Shown here piece after piece: positions 38,370-52,529 of a stretch of 64,000 bases of DNA (its first letter is position 1; every line of letters begins with the position of its first letter). The notes under the pieces are model-generated. The model made no database searches. It saw only the letters and a list, made by a program, of their open reading frames with translations, and had not been told where the DNA came from. A program made the translations under genes and the position numbers. The DNA is taken from contig NC_043004.1 of assembly GCF_006345805.1 (NCBI RefSeq), forward strand, positions 58,652,001-58,716,000, given 5' to 3'. The stretch comes from Octopus sinensis (taxonomy: Eukaryota).

Positions 38370-38861
38370 TGGAGATAACGGCTTACTCAAGTAGCTATCT
38401 TCAGATTCCACCATGCCTCAAGATGGCTCCAGAGCCTGGCATATGTATTCCTCACTGTCTGTGGAAAGATCTTCAAAGACCTCCTTGCTCTGGGCCACCA
38501 ATTTGGCCTTGGTCTTGCAGGCAGAGTGGTTGGTGTATTTCCCAACTATACCCCAAATATAATAATCCATGGGATTACAAGCAAGAGAACTGAGGCTGGT
38601 GAAGCCATACAGATTCTCCAAAAACCACTTCTGACACTTTACTGTGGTATAGCTAGAGGTCAAATCCTGGTGCTACACATATGGCCTTCCAGCAGCTCCA
38701 CATAGCTATCTGACTTGAGTCTAAGTCCCTGTTCAAAAATGTGTGAATGAATTCTGGCATGCAAATGCTATCAGAATACCAATTTTTGTCCCTTCCTGCT
38801 GGCCAAAGCATTGCTTGTAGTCTTCATTGTAGCTGTCTGTGTCATGTCTCACAGTACCCTG
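38370..38861 (-). mobile_element. Internally deleted Tc1/mariner (maT-like) element
   Basis: Terminus CAGGGTACTGTGAGAC next to TA tract; AGRPYV.HQD...KCQKWFLENL...NPMDYYIWGIV resembles QQDxAPxH...SPDLNPLDY. Confidence 0.7.
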
Positions 38862-38874
38862 CATATTATATATA

Positions 38875-38971
<97 letters not shown>

Positions 38972-39149
38972 TATATGTATGTATGTATGCATGTATATAT
39001 GTATGTATATATATGTACATATATATGTACATGTGTATATATATTTATATATTACATATATATGTGTGTGTATATATATATATATACATATATATATATA
39101 CATACATATATATATACATAAATATATATATGTATGTATATTATATGTG

Positions 39150-39213
<64 letters not shown>

Positions 39214-39709
39214 CAAACAGGCAGGCAGGCAAATAGACAGACAGACAGGTCGATAGATAGGTACATATTATATAAGACCTAGTTCTAATTTAGATTTTTT
39301 TTCTTCCATATTTGGAAACTCTTTGCAAATGAATGATTTTTCAAAACTTGTTTTTGACTTTTCCCATCATTTTATTTTTAATGCAATAAAACTTATTTTT
39401 CCCTATTTTGAAATATGCAAACATTGTAGAGCAAGTTGTAAGCTTTAAGCAAGCAAATTCCTTGTTATAGTTCTGATTCCCGACTGAAACCCTTTCTTTC
39501 AATCATGCCATTAAGAGCCTAGGAAAGGGCATAAATGTCACATTTTGTCCTTTACAAATCATTAAAAATTTTATTACTTTTATGCATAGCCAAAACAAGC
39601 TAATATTACAGTTTTTTGGGGGGTTTTTTGGTAGCATTTCTATATCTAAATAATTATCACTCTACTCTGTGTTTTATTATGTACTATAAGCTGATAATTT
39701 TTGAGTATC

Positions 39710-40112
39710 ATAGGAGTGGCTGTGTGGTAAGTAGCTTGCTTACAAACCACATGGTTCCAGGTTCAGTCCCACTGCATAGCACCTTGGGCAAGTGTCTTCT
39801 ACTATAGCCTCAGGCCGACCAAAGCCTTGTGAGTGGATTTGGTAGATGGAAACTGAAAGAAGCCCATCGTATATATATGTGTGTGTGTGTGTGTATGTGT
39901 GTTTGTGTGTCTGTGTTTGTCCCCCAACATCACTTGACAACTGATGCTGGTGTGTTTACGTCCCCATCACTTAGCGGTTTGGCAAAAGAGACCGATAGAA
40001 TAAGTACTAGGCTTACAAATAATAAGTCCTGGGGTCGATTTGCTCGATTAAAGGCAGCGCTCCAGCATGGCTGCAGTCAAATGACTGAAGCAAATAAAAG
40101 TAAAAGTAAAAG
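39710..40112 (+). mobile_element. SINE family A
   Basis: Full homology. Confidence 0.85.
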
Positions 40113-40590
40113 AATCATGCAACTCTACAATTCTTAGAATTCATCATCAGCATTTTAGCATTCACTTTTTTTCCTTTCTTTCATGGTTCAGATAACTTTT
40201 TGGAAGCAGAGATTTTACAGCCAGATACTCTTCTTGTTGCCATCTCTTCCCTGTTTCCAAGCAATAAAATACTTCCCCTAGTCTAAAGTTCAACAAACAG
40301 TCTGGACATGCTTTCACAGAGCATTGCAAACAAATAACACAGCAGTAGCATAGCATACATTTTGGCTCCCCTGTGCATCTGCTAAATTGACTGTCATCCC
40401 ATTTCCTTAGCCCTTGAGCATTTAAACCAGCCATATTCAGCACAAATATTTTACCTGTTTCATAGCCAAACCAGTCAGATCTCTCACACATAACCTTCAA
40501 TGCCATTCTAAAATTAAACAATATCATCATCAAAATCCTGACACTATTGGATAATGCATGATTAATTAGAAACAATATGAATAAATAAAC

Positions 40591-40764
40591 ATAGGCGCAG
40601 GAGTGGCTGTGTGGTAAGTAGCTTGTTTACCAACCGCATGGTTCCGGGTTCAGTCCTATTGCGTGGCACCTTGGGCAAGTGTCTTCTACTATAGCCTAGG
40701 GCCGACCAAAGCCTTGTGAGTGGATTTGGTAGACAGAAACTGAAAGAAGCCTGTCGTATATATG

Positions 40765-40797
<33 letters not shown>

Positions 40798-41008
40798 TTG
40801 TGTGTCTGTGTTTGTCGCCCTAGCATTGCTTGACAACCGATGCTGGTGTGCTTATGTCCCCGTTACTTAGCGGTTCGGCAAAAGAGACCAATAGAATAAG
40901 TACTGGGCTTACAAAAGAATAAGTACCGATGTCGAGTTGCTCGATTAAAGGCGGTGCTCCAGCATGGCTGCAGTCAAATGACTGAAACAAGTAATAGAGT
41001 AAAAGAGT
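40591..41008 (+). mobile_element. SINE family A (well preserved)
   Basis: ATAGGCGCAGGAGTGGCTGTGTGGTAAG ... GAAACAAGTAATAGAGTAAAAGAG. Confidence 0.9.
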
Positions 41009-41220
41009 ATTATATTTGACAGACAGTGTATTTGCTAAATTAGTTGTTATCCCACTTCCATTTAAATTAGCTGTATCTGGTCAAAATATTCCACCTCTTT
41101 TGTATTCAAACTGGTCCGATTGAACATTTCATACCTACTCTACGATGTTATTGTAAAAATAAATAATCTCATCGTTGAAATCTTGAAGCTATGAGATAAT
41201 GCATGATTAATTAAAAGTGA

Positions 41221-41310
41221 GCATAGGGTGTAGTGGTTAAGAGCGCGGACTACTAACCCCAAGATTCCGAGTTTGATTCCAGGCAATGACCTGATTAATT
41301 ATAATAATAA
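41221..41310 (+). mobile_element. Family D tRNA-like head with short AAT tail, no hammerhead body
   Basis: GTAGTGGTTAAGAGCGCGGACTACTAACCCCAAGATTCCGAGTTTGATTCCAGGC. Confidence 0.7.
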
Positions 41311-41317
41311 TACTTAC

Positions 41318-41550
41318 AGGTGACGAGCTGGTAGAATCGTTAGCATGCCAGGCGAAATGCTTAACGTTATTTCGTCTGTCTTTACGTTCTGAGTTCAAAT
41401 TCCGCCGAGGTTAACTTTGCCTTTCATCCTTTCGGGGTCGATTAAATTAGTACCAGTTACGCACTGGGGTCGATGTAATCGACTTAATCCATTTGTCTGT
41501 CCTTGTTTGTCCTCTCTGTGTTTAGCTCCTTGTGGGCAATAAAGAATTAA
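41318..41550 (+). mobile_element. SINE family C
   Basis: Homology to 56296-56524. Confidence 0.85.
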
Positions 41551-41574
41551 ATTATAATAATAATAATAATAATA

Positions 41575-42023
41575 AAATATTCTGCTCAATACCACAGATT
41601 TGCTTGTCAGTTGTTTGACCATAACCAGTTGAGCATGTCCCTTAGTGGCTGATGATATGTGCATCTCTGATGACGAGCAGAAGTAGTGGGGAGCATCATA
41701 GCCATGTGTTGAGAAGGATTCTTTGGGGTTTGAATAATTCACCTCTGGAAACATGGGTGTTTCGTTCAACATCCTTAAACAATCCTTATTCAGGGACCGT
41801 TTGAGTGGGATGGCCTACTCAACCTGAAGAAAATTCTAACTGGGCCCCACCTGCAAGGTCATGTGCTGTTTATCTTGATATGAGATCACCATGTCGCGCA
41901 CATATGGTTGTGATGCATGTGCCTGGTGTACCCTTATCAGACGGGTAGTCATGATGGGTATATTGGGCTTCGTATATTTTACCCCAGTGTCACTTTGATG
42001 GCATGAACTGCTCTCTCACTCAA
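41575..42023 (+). mobile_element. Family E repeat, 5'-truncated, with (AAT)n tail
   Basis: Reverse complement of 6069-6500. Confidence 0.8.
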
Positions 42024-42033
42024 TAACAATGAC

Positions 42034-42091
<58 letters not shown>

Positions 42092-42134
42092 GTAATAACA
42101 GTAATAATAATAATAACAATAATAATAATAATAA

Positions 42135-42312
42135 CATCGAAAAATAACTTAGAAATGAGAACCCAGGTTCGAAATTTCTGCATGACACCTGATGAAGGCT
42201 GGAGAGTATATCAGCCGAAACATGATAACAACAAACAAGATAGGGACAAATTGCTGTCAATTGTAAATAATGTAAATAATGTACACAATTCCTCATCTCT
42301 TAAATATAGAAC
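42135..42312 (+). mobile_element. Family D body with hammerhead core (CTGATGA 42189, GAAAC 42217)
   Basis: GACAC-CTGATGA-A-GGCTG...CAGCC-GAAAC; cleavage triplet and 3' stem I strand degraded. Confidence 0.75.
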
Positions 42313-42946
42313 TATAATTAAAAACAAGGTGAATAAATATGCATTACATTTTATAATGTATTTGCTAAATTGGTTGCCATCCCACTTCCTTAACTGTTAC
42401 AAGTTTTTAACAATAGCAAACACACACATATATAAAGTAACTGCCAGTGTGTTCTACACACTCTGCTCACCCCATGCTACACCACTGCAACACAGTTTGT
42501 ATGAACACTGCCTCTCTTGATAATAAGCATACAGTCTCCCACACACAAACGTGCACACATACACATGCACAATGGCCCTTTCTCCAGTTTCTGTCAAGCA
42601 AATTTCACTCATGTGACACAAGTCAATTCATAGTTATGACAGAAGAGGCCAGAGGACAGTGTCTGTGCAGTGGGATTGAACCCTCAAACATATGCAACCA
42701 AAGTGAATTTCTGAACCATAAAGCAACAACTGCGCCACTGATTGTCCCTTTTAACCATGCTTTATACAGTGATGTAATATAATCTAGAGCTATGCTGAAT
42801 GACATACAAGTCTTAGAAATACAGAAATCGTTGTAGGAGAAATATAACTAATAATTAAATTTTATTTCCCTGATTTTCTTTCAGGTCATCAGTAATATAG
42901 GAGATACATTCATAACATTCAATTTGCCATTATATACATACACACA

Positions 42947-43182
<236 letters not shown>

Positions 43183-43689
43183 ATATATAAATATGTAATC
43201 ATACATACATATTATACATCTTATAGCAGAAACATGTCATCTTATTTTCTAATCATGCATATATAAATCATATATCATATCATGTGTGTGTGTGTGTGTG
43301 TGTGTATGTGTGTATATTTGCCTGTGTGTGTATGAGTGTGTACGTGTGTTGTAGTGCATGTGTTGTAGCGTGTGTGTGTGTGTATGAGTGTGTGCGTGTG
43401 TTGTAGTGCATGTGCTGTAGTGTGTGTGTGTGTGTGTATGTGTGTGTTATAAGGAACCAGTTTTCATGAAATAAAGTCATAATTACCTACTTCAAATTAT
43501 TTTAGTCAATATTCAGCATTTGTTGGAACTGATAAAGCTGGATTTTCTGAGACAACTAATGAAATATTGCCTTTACTGATCTTGCTATTTTTACAACACA
43601 TGTATGAAGAAAAAAATTATATAGGTAATTCTCATTGCTTTCCCAAGCTGGTACAGTAATACAGGTCTGCAATACACCAAGTTATTCTT

Positions 43690-44150
43690 TTTAATCTTGT
43701 GTCATCCCAGATGTGGTGGTCATCTTTATCACATTTGATCCCACAACATTTTTGCATATCTTTCTTCATTTGCCTTGGTCATAAAAACTTTCTTCCACAA
43801 GCACAAAGCACAGCTGACTTGCAGGCGTCAAACATTCATGTTGTTTGGCTATATCATGCAACCATCTTTTCTGCACACATCAAAATAATGCTTGCATTAC
43901 CCAGCTTCTTTCCGGCTCGTCTTCCATTCTGCTTTTCATGAACATTTATGTTGCACAGCCAATGAAGTATATTTAAGTAATTTCATTTCTGCATCTGCAG
44001 ATCTGCAGTCAATAATTATGCTTCACCATGCAACATCATATTTCTTGCACATGCTGCATGAAGCATGCTCCTAGACAAATCCTTGTTGCAGGCACAGATA
44101 GCTTCTCTCTGATTATCTTCTAAATCTTCACTAGCCTTCTTATTAAACCT
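43690..44150 (-). pseudogene. Decayed RTE-like LINE ORF C-terminus
   Basis: LHWLCN...GRRAGR; DVCRKD; terminal CACGRKF...MQKC zinc-finger-like segment; many stops. Confidence 0.45.
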
Positions 44151-45302
44151 TCATTGCTGTCAACTTAAGGATAAGCTATTTCAATTACATACAGCAAGTA
44201 TGTCTTCTAGGCATTCATGATTCAAACTTCACTAGTGTATACCTGCCACATTTAACCTCTGATTTGTTTCTAATTACAAAGATGCCTATTAAACTTTCTG
44301 CGTATGTATTGTTTGTACTGAGTATACAGTATGCAGATCTTGCCATTTTAACTACAGGAGACCACTTCCCAGTGTCATTGGGTGTATCACTAAATAGCAC
44401 TTTTGTCTACAAAAGTTTACATCTAGGTTTTTTTACCCAGGAAACTTCATGTGAATATGCATCTTTTTACTGCAACGTTTTGACTGGATCTGTGACAAGA
44501 CATATGGTCATTAGTTTTAATCGTTTACTCAGAATGTCCAATCTCAAGGTGTATGCCACAAGAATTAAGTCCAAATGTCTGACTAAACAGATTAAGCAAT
44601 GTGATGTATGCAGAATAGTTTAGATTTCTCTGCAAATCTTACATAATAACTTCTATTAGGCTTTCTGAAATAATGGGAAATTTAAGGTGCATGGGATTAA
44701 ATAAAGAAGCAATTTTTAATTCTATCAAAATTTGGAGTGCTACATGCATATGTTCTTGACATATACACGCTAATTCTAAGGGCGATAATTAAGAATACTA
44801 TTACAAAATATAGCAATTAAAATGAGTTATTTCACAATGAATGTTGTGACCTTACCCGACAGGCTTCAGGCGCTATTTAATTATTCAGTTAGTTATCCAT
44901 TTATTTATTTCAAAATCAAAACATGAAATCACACTGCATTTGAGTTATCATGCTTGCAATTTTAAGTACCATTCAAGCCTATATTTTTTGGCAATGATTA
45001 ACATCTAAAATACTTAATTTATAATATAACGCATAACTTCAGGAGGTGTGAGAGATAAAGATAGATATATTTAGCTATATGACTTCCATATGATTATGGC
45101 TGTTTCATAATCTTTTTGTATGCCTTAATATGTATGCTCAGCATTATACAACACAATTGTATATTCACAAATTAATGCAAATAAACAAAATTTGCAATTG
45201 ATTGCAACAAAGACTGATAGCCAAGTCCATTGGATGAGCTTGCTGTGATGGGTGTACAATTCTCTGAATCCCTATTTTATACTGTTCCTTCATATATATA
45301 TA

Positions 45303-45561
45303 TCACATAATCATGTGACCGACCAGGCTATCAGATGTTGCTACACATCGCTGGTCACAATGCGCTTCAAATGACACCACCCTACTGGCTAAGCGAGCAG
45401 GCCAAGAGAAGAAAGAGTAAGAGAAAGTTGCCACCACCCCCTGTATGGAACTTTAGGTGTTTTCGCTCAATAAACACTCACAATGCCCAGTCTGGGAATC
45501 GAAACCGCAATCCTACGACCATGAGTCTGCTGCCCTAATCACTGGGCTATTGTGCCTCCAC
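45303..45561 (-). mobile_element. SINE family G (family B head, different tail)
   Basis: Head matches 9501-9610; tail ...GCATTGTGACCAGCGATGTG...GGTCGGTCACATGA. Confidence 0.75.
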
Positions 45562-45584
45562 ACACACACACACATATATATATA

Positions 45585-45639
<55 letters not shown>

Positions 45640-45663
45640 GTACACATACACATATATATATAT

Positions 45664-45711
<48 letters not shown>

Positions 45712-46322
45712 AGAGAGAGAGAGAGAGAGATGATAACTGTAGAGGAGCTTTAAAATGCACATTGTGAGGTTATTACTCAGGTGATATTAGATATATACAT
45801 ATATATGTATGTGCATGTGAAATTTTCTTATATGCACTTTGATTCTAAATCATCTTTTATCAAGTCTCAATTTTCTAACAATTCACCTAATCATTCCAAG
45901 TCTTGTTTTATTAAACTTTATCATTTCTACCTCCCATTACCATTTTCACAACACATTACACCTAGCATATATATTGCCTATTTGAACTATATATATGACT
46001 GTGTGTATAGTTGTCACTATGCTTTCTCAAATTACTTGCACACAAATTTTCATAAATTAAAACTAGGCACCTAAAAGAGCACATCCAATCATTTTGCTCC
46101 TCAGTTGCACAAGAGATAGATATCAATTTAATACACAACCAAAAGAGCTACTAACAGTTTCATGCTTTTATGACACTTTGACATATTTATAAAATACACT
46201 TGAATGATTGCTTGGAGATATATGGCATATTATAAATATGCCTGGGTAAAGTATCATAAAAGCGTAAAACAATTTGTAACTCTTTCAATTGTGTAATAAA
46301 TTTATATATGTATATATGTGTG

Positions 46323-46404
<82 letters not shown>

Positions 46405-46427
46405 TATATATATATATATATATATTA

Positions 46428-46494
<67 letters not shown>

Positions 46495-47031
46495 TATATA
46501 TATATTCATGGTGGATGTACATATCTTGGGACAGTTGAAATAGAGCCCTGAACAAAGCAAAATGACTAATGACTAATGACTAAGAAACATTGCTCTATAT
46601 TATCTAGCAATATTTTCAAGATTTTATTCCACAGCTTACACACTCACATCATATAATTTCATAGCACCACATGGCTTGCACTGACATTATATAATTAGTC
46701 TTTCACTCAGCATTAATGATTCTTTCTATTATTATATTAAATACTACAAAATGCATTTGGTGCACCCTGATTGTTAGGTCACCCTTTCTATACTCATTTG
46801 CATATTGCTTTCTTGCACATGAATCAAGGCCATTACAAGAATACAGAGCTCCTTTACTTAACTTGGAGCATATCTGATTTTTTTTTTTATGGCTATATTG
46901 ATATTCCAGTAGTATGAGAATCCAATATAAACAGTTTTGCTTCTCTTTTTCTGAAACCCTTTATTTCTACTTTTAGTTTTACAAACTAATTATAAAAACC
47001 AGTACAAAGCTTAATGATTAACATGTGTGAG

Positions 47032-47065
<34 letters not shown>

Positions 47066-47444
47066 AGGCCTTAAGAAATGGGTTTGGCTGGTACATTGAT
47101 CTGAAACCCAGAATACCAGGGGATGGGGCCCGTGACTGTCTACTAGGTACTCTGAAAGATTAAAAAGAAAAAAAACTTACAGTCCCACTGCCTTCAATTT
47201 TGTGAGAATCCATACCTCCCAGGGTCTGAAACAGTCTTGTACCACTTTGCCAAATTTCTTTCAGGCCCCTTACACATGTGCATATGCACACACACACATA
47301 CACACATATAAACACACACACACAAATATACATGCACATGCAGATGTGTGTGTGTGTGTGTGTACACAAGGAGAGAGAAAGAGAGAAATTTTTGTTCGTG
47401 CATGTGTGATGTGTATACATACAGTGTGTATATGCCTGTGTGTG

Positions 47445-47533
<89 letters not shown>

Positions 47534-48003
47534 AAACACACACACACATGTATACAGTGTATGTAGTGTGTGCGTGTAAGAGAAAAAGAGAAAAAGTATT
47601 GAAATATCAGAACGGAATCGCAAATTGTATATAGTGTTATAAACAATTCTATTTATAGAACTGAATTAACTCAGCTACTGCAATTTTATTGTAATGTCCA
47701 TTAGATGTTTACATATTCATTAGGCTTGCTTTAAGATTATCATGAATAGGTTTTAAATTGGAAGTAAGTTAACCATCACCCTAACATTTATAAATATCTA
47801 TCTTTATATAAGGTTGATAATTCTATCAAAATGAAACTTTTATTTTATTGTTATACTCTGAAAGTAATTTTCTTTTTATATTTGTTAATCTTTCATATTC
47901 AGTTTTTGAAGACCATGTTGTCTATTTTTAGCTTATTCATAACATTTCATGTTTTTATTAGAAATGTATTTAATGGTTTGTTTTCGATTTGTTTTTATTG
48001 TAG

Positions 48004-48971
48004 ATAAAATCAAAGATAACTCCTCCTCTGATTCCTACTCAGAGCAGTCACCCTCAGTAAAGAGAGCTACACCAACCATCATTTCAGATTCTCCTGCTAC
48101 TTTGAAAAAAAAATCGATACTGAAAAAAGATGCTTTAAATAAAGAAGAGACTGAAACTCTTCTTGAAAATTTCGCCGGGGATCAAAAAACTCTATGTTCC
48201 CAGACGTGTCGTCCCAAAAATATCATGGACTCTGTGACTATTGTCAACAACTATCAAACATTCAATAATCACAGTAATAACGAACTTTATAACAACCAAC
48301 ATCAGTTCCACCACCACCACCACCATCACCAAAACCAAAACCATCAACTGCAACAGCAACAATTGGAAACTGCCAACCCAACCATCCTATCAGCCATGGT
48401 AACGTCTCCACCGATTAAAGTAATCTGTCCAAGCATCGACTTGGACGAGGAGTCTGGTGCCATGGCTATTTCTTCCACCCCTACCCCTTCACCTACCGGC
48501 CCAACAGATGAATTGGATTCTCCAGACAGTGACACCCAGAGCAACACTTCTGAAGAACGGGAAGGAGAAGAACTGGAATTCAGTGACAGTGCAGCTAGCC
48601 TAGAGAAACTTAAGTGCTGGAAAGACTTGGACAATAAAGAGCAACAGTTGCTTTGGCAACAGGACACAAGCCCCTCGGACAATATGGATAATGATGAAAG
48701 CTATCAAGGTACAAATTCTGTTGACCAATCAGCCTCAGATATTAGTCTCATTGAACAGCCAACGTCAAGGTCATCCCCATCCAATGAAGGTGATAACCAT
48801 ATGGACATTGATAAATATGGTGACAAATGTGCGGACTATATGACCGAAAAGATGACTTCTTTGACGTTAGCTCAAAATGGAGACTATCCTCTCGACAATT
48901 TAATTAATGATATTGAAAAAAATTCTGATGATCCAAAAGACAATGTAGTATCAGCTGACGCCAGTGGCTAA
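48004..48971 (+). CDS. Large coding exon of an unidentified host gene; disordered Ser/Pro/acidic region with His/Gln tract
   Basis: Acceptor TTTGTTTTTATTGTAG ending 48003; ~322 open codons with higher GC than flanks; strong donor ATG|GTAAGT after 49006; in-frame TAA at 48969-48971. Confidence 0.8.
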
Positions 48972-49125
48972 TATGTCATTAGCGGAAGCTAAATGGAAAT
49001 TAAATGGTAAGTCAAGATTTTTACAAATCATTTCAAAATACTTAACTGAAATTTTAATTTCATGCAAGGTTTCTTTAATACTTATAAATTAAGTCACCCT
49101 ACATTTTCTAATGGTATAATTGTAG

Positions 49126-49179
<54 letters not shown>

Positions 49180-50427
49180 ATATATATTTATTTATATATA
49201 TATAAAACAATCTGTTTCATTCCTAATGGTTGTGTATCCACCCTAGATAACAGACATAACTATACAGCAATTTGACCATTGATTCAATAGAGTAGAGAAA
49301 TGACTATCAGTTATATTTAACTTGAACCATTGTTCATCTAATAATATGTAAGATCGCCTGTAAATGTGTATTCTACTCATGGTTGGTCAGTTAGTCTTCT
49401 TACCGTTCTCAATATCATAGAGGACATTAGGCATCGTATCCATTTATTTTACTTTCCAGAAAGGCATCTATTTTCATTAATAGACTCTTCATCAAATAAC
49501 TGCTAATTCTTATGTACATAGATATTATACTTCTTCATGTCTCATCTATACTCAATCAGAAATATTTCTGTTTACCAATCAAAAAAAAATTCAAAATTAT
49601 CATCACCTTCTAAGATTTATTTCTTAACCGTTTACCAAGACTTACAAGAGTCTTTTCAGTTTTATACATCGCACATGATATCTTTCATTCTTGAAATGTC
49701 CTATCAGCTCAAAGAATCTTAATTTATCACCGAGATTTACATTATACAAATAGTGACTTATAATTCCTACCAAACTTTTAAGGTTTTCTAATTCTTTTTC
49801 CAAGTTCCTGAACCATGCAACAAATTCTAACTGTTCTCTCTATTGCTCTTTTGTATTCTGGCAAGCAACCATCTTTAATCTCAATTATTATGCAAATCTA
49901 TAATTACCATGTCAATCTTTAATATTATTACTATTGGCAGTTTTATTTTTAATTGAGGTTGCAACTGAATAATGCTTAAATCAGTTTCTCGGACATAGCC
50001 CATTTAAATACCAATGTATCTTGATACAAATTTTCTTTGTCGATCTGTGGTAAACAGAGTTTTCAGTTTCAATTGGTTACGGTATAATCCTTAAGAGCTT
50101 ATAGATAAATCCCCTTCTATGAACAGATTTCATGAAAACACAGTTCTTTGCATAAATTTGGATCTTGTGACTACCTGAAAGCAGATTTTAATATGACTGC
50201 AGATAACTATATTTTTATCCTAAAATTGTTCATGTGAGTTGTTAAGCATATATCTAGACATTTCTTCAGCTATTTAACAAACCTAAAAATAGCATGCATG
50301 AAACCAATAAGCTGTTATTTGAAGTGCAACCTTGATGTGTTTTTGGTTTCTCGATTCACTTTGCAACTGAGACTCACAGTAAAAATATGCTGCAATTCTT
50401 ATAATAAGTAAAGAATTCCATAATATA

Positions 50428-50792
50428 CTAGCAGTATTGCCCGGCGTTGCTCGGGTTTGTAAGGGAAATAACTATATAAGCATTTTTAGAGATGTAAAGT
50501 ATAATAATCATCTCAATATGGCTAACCACAAGTGTTACTGTAGCTTTTTACATTCTGAGATTTAATAATAAATTTTTAGAGAGTTACTTCCCTTATATAT
50601 TCCAAACATGCATTAAAAATGTGAAAAATTGATGGTAAATTTTTTTTAAATCATAGACTCAGAAGGGCTCGATATGAATCACGACTATAAGATACCCGGT
50701 TTTGGCTAAACTGCACCGCAAAATGTGGGAGTAGTTAGGAATCTAAATCGTAGGAGACAGACAGCACACAACCTTACTTTTATATATAAAGA
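50428..50792 (-). mobile_element. Non-autonomous Helitron, 365 bp
   Basis: Minus strand 5'-TC...CTAG-3' inserted between A and T with no TSD; GC-rich hairpin CCCGG-CGTTGC-TCGGG at 50440-50455. Confidence 0.8.
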
Positions 50793-52332
50793 TAACTGGT
50801 TCTCTGCTAACTGAACTTTCATCTTCTTCATCTAAAAACTGTGTTGTTTATAAAAATGATTGCATTCGTTTTTCTATTTAAAGATTAATAAAATTCTGAA
50901 TACACTCTGCATTTACTTTGTACAAGCACCCTACCTCTTATACTGGCACCATGATAAAAAGTCATACTCTACCCACTCACTCTAGAATGATTGGTGAGTG
51001 AAACAATCTTTCTAGTGCTGGTGCCATGAAAAAAATGAACTCACTACACTTTGTTAAGTAGTAGTAAACAAGCAGAGAAAGCATAGAGTTGCTTTTAGTC
51101 TTATCTTGCCAAAGACTATTCAACCTTTCCAGTATTGATGCCATGAGAAAATGCATCCCATACACTCTGTAAAGTCATTGGTGATTGGAAAGGTATGTAG
51201 CCATAGAGACCAAACTAAATGACATGTATGAACAGCTACCAATAAGAGATGTCACAGATCATGATGACCCATCTAAACCAGCATGGGAAGCAGACATAGA
51301 AATTATGATAATGACAATGCTGGTGTTGATGGGGAAAACTCATTAATCTACGCTAAATTATTAGATAAAGTTGTTGTTTTTTTAATTTATTGATTCTTTT
51401 ACACTTTATTTCTAAAATGAAAAATAGTTTCTCGTTAACATTTAAAAATCAAATAAATACGAATTTTAAAATGAAAATATTTTCCCTTCGTCTGTGTTTG
51501 TAAGATGAGTTTAATTCTAGATTAGGTTGGAGTATTGACCATAATTTTTTCCTGCTTCTATTTACACTAGATTTCAGTTGGTCTATTCTTTCCTCAACTT
51601 CAGGTGTCATTTTAATCCTTGTACTCGAAAGAAGCATGCACACAAACCATTATTTGAAACACATGGTTTCAATTTCTTATCTGCTCCACTATATGTATTT
51701 ATATGCAATTTCCAATCTTTGACAATATTAATATTAATAACAGAATCAGAAGTTCTTTTTTAAATCCTTGCACTCACATGTTGCCTTAAATGACTTGGGA
51801 TAATTAAGATTACTGAAATATCAAGTAACTTCTCACTTTACTGTAACAACACTCAGGCAACAGCTTAAATTGACTCAATTGTCCATTCAATGGCACATCT
51901 TTTCATAACTGTAGTATTGTGATGGACAGTCACAAAAACATTATCAGATATAAGAACTAGGGTGTTATCTGAGAAACAAGTGCTTTATTAAATGTACTAC
52001 CATTATGTTACACAGAGTAATTCAAGAAAAGTAAATGTATTTTTCCCAAATGCATGATTAAAAGTATCTGAGGAAAGCCTATTGCACATTACTTCCAAGT
52101 CTTAATTCTTTAACAGGTATTCCAAATTTGGCTCAAATATCCTTTCATTATAATGTCAAAACTGAAGGTTATTTCTGAATACATTAAGAAATGATAAATA
52201 TCAAAATAGTTTACAATTACTAACACTAATTCAGGATTATTTAAAAACCTTCAAACCTTTAAAACTGCAAATTGAGCATCAGGAGTTGAGGTAGGAAACA
52301 CTTTAATTCATTTCTATCTGCTGCTGCTGCCA

Positions 52333-52365
<33 letters not shown>

Positions 52366-52529
52366 ATGATGATGATGACAACTTCAGTCATCATCAGCCT
52401 CTGTGCATTTTAGGGAGGAAGTGGAGATTTGTCCCTTTTTTCCTCGTCCCCCTCCTACTCAATCCCTTTCTGTACCATCTTTAATTTGGTTCATTATATG
52501 CAAAAACTCTCTGGGCCTATCTGAGAGAG

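Noticed and set aside
47065-47272. Weak inverted termini GAGGCCTTAAGAAAT / ATTTCTTTCAGGCCCC
   Set aside because: The match is imperfect, there is no clear TSD and there is no second copy in the window.
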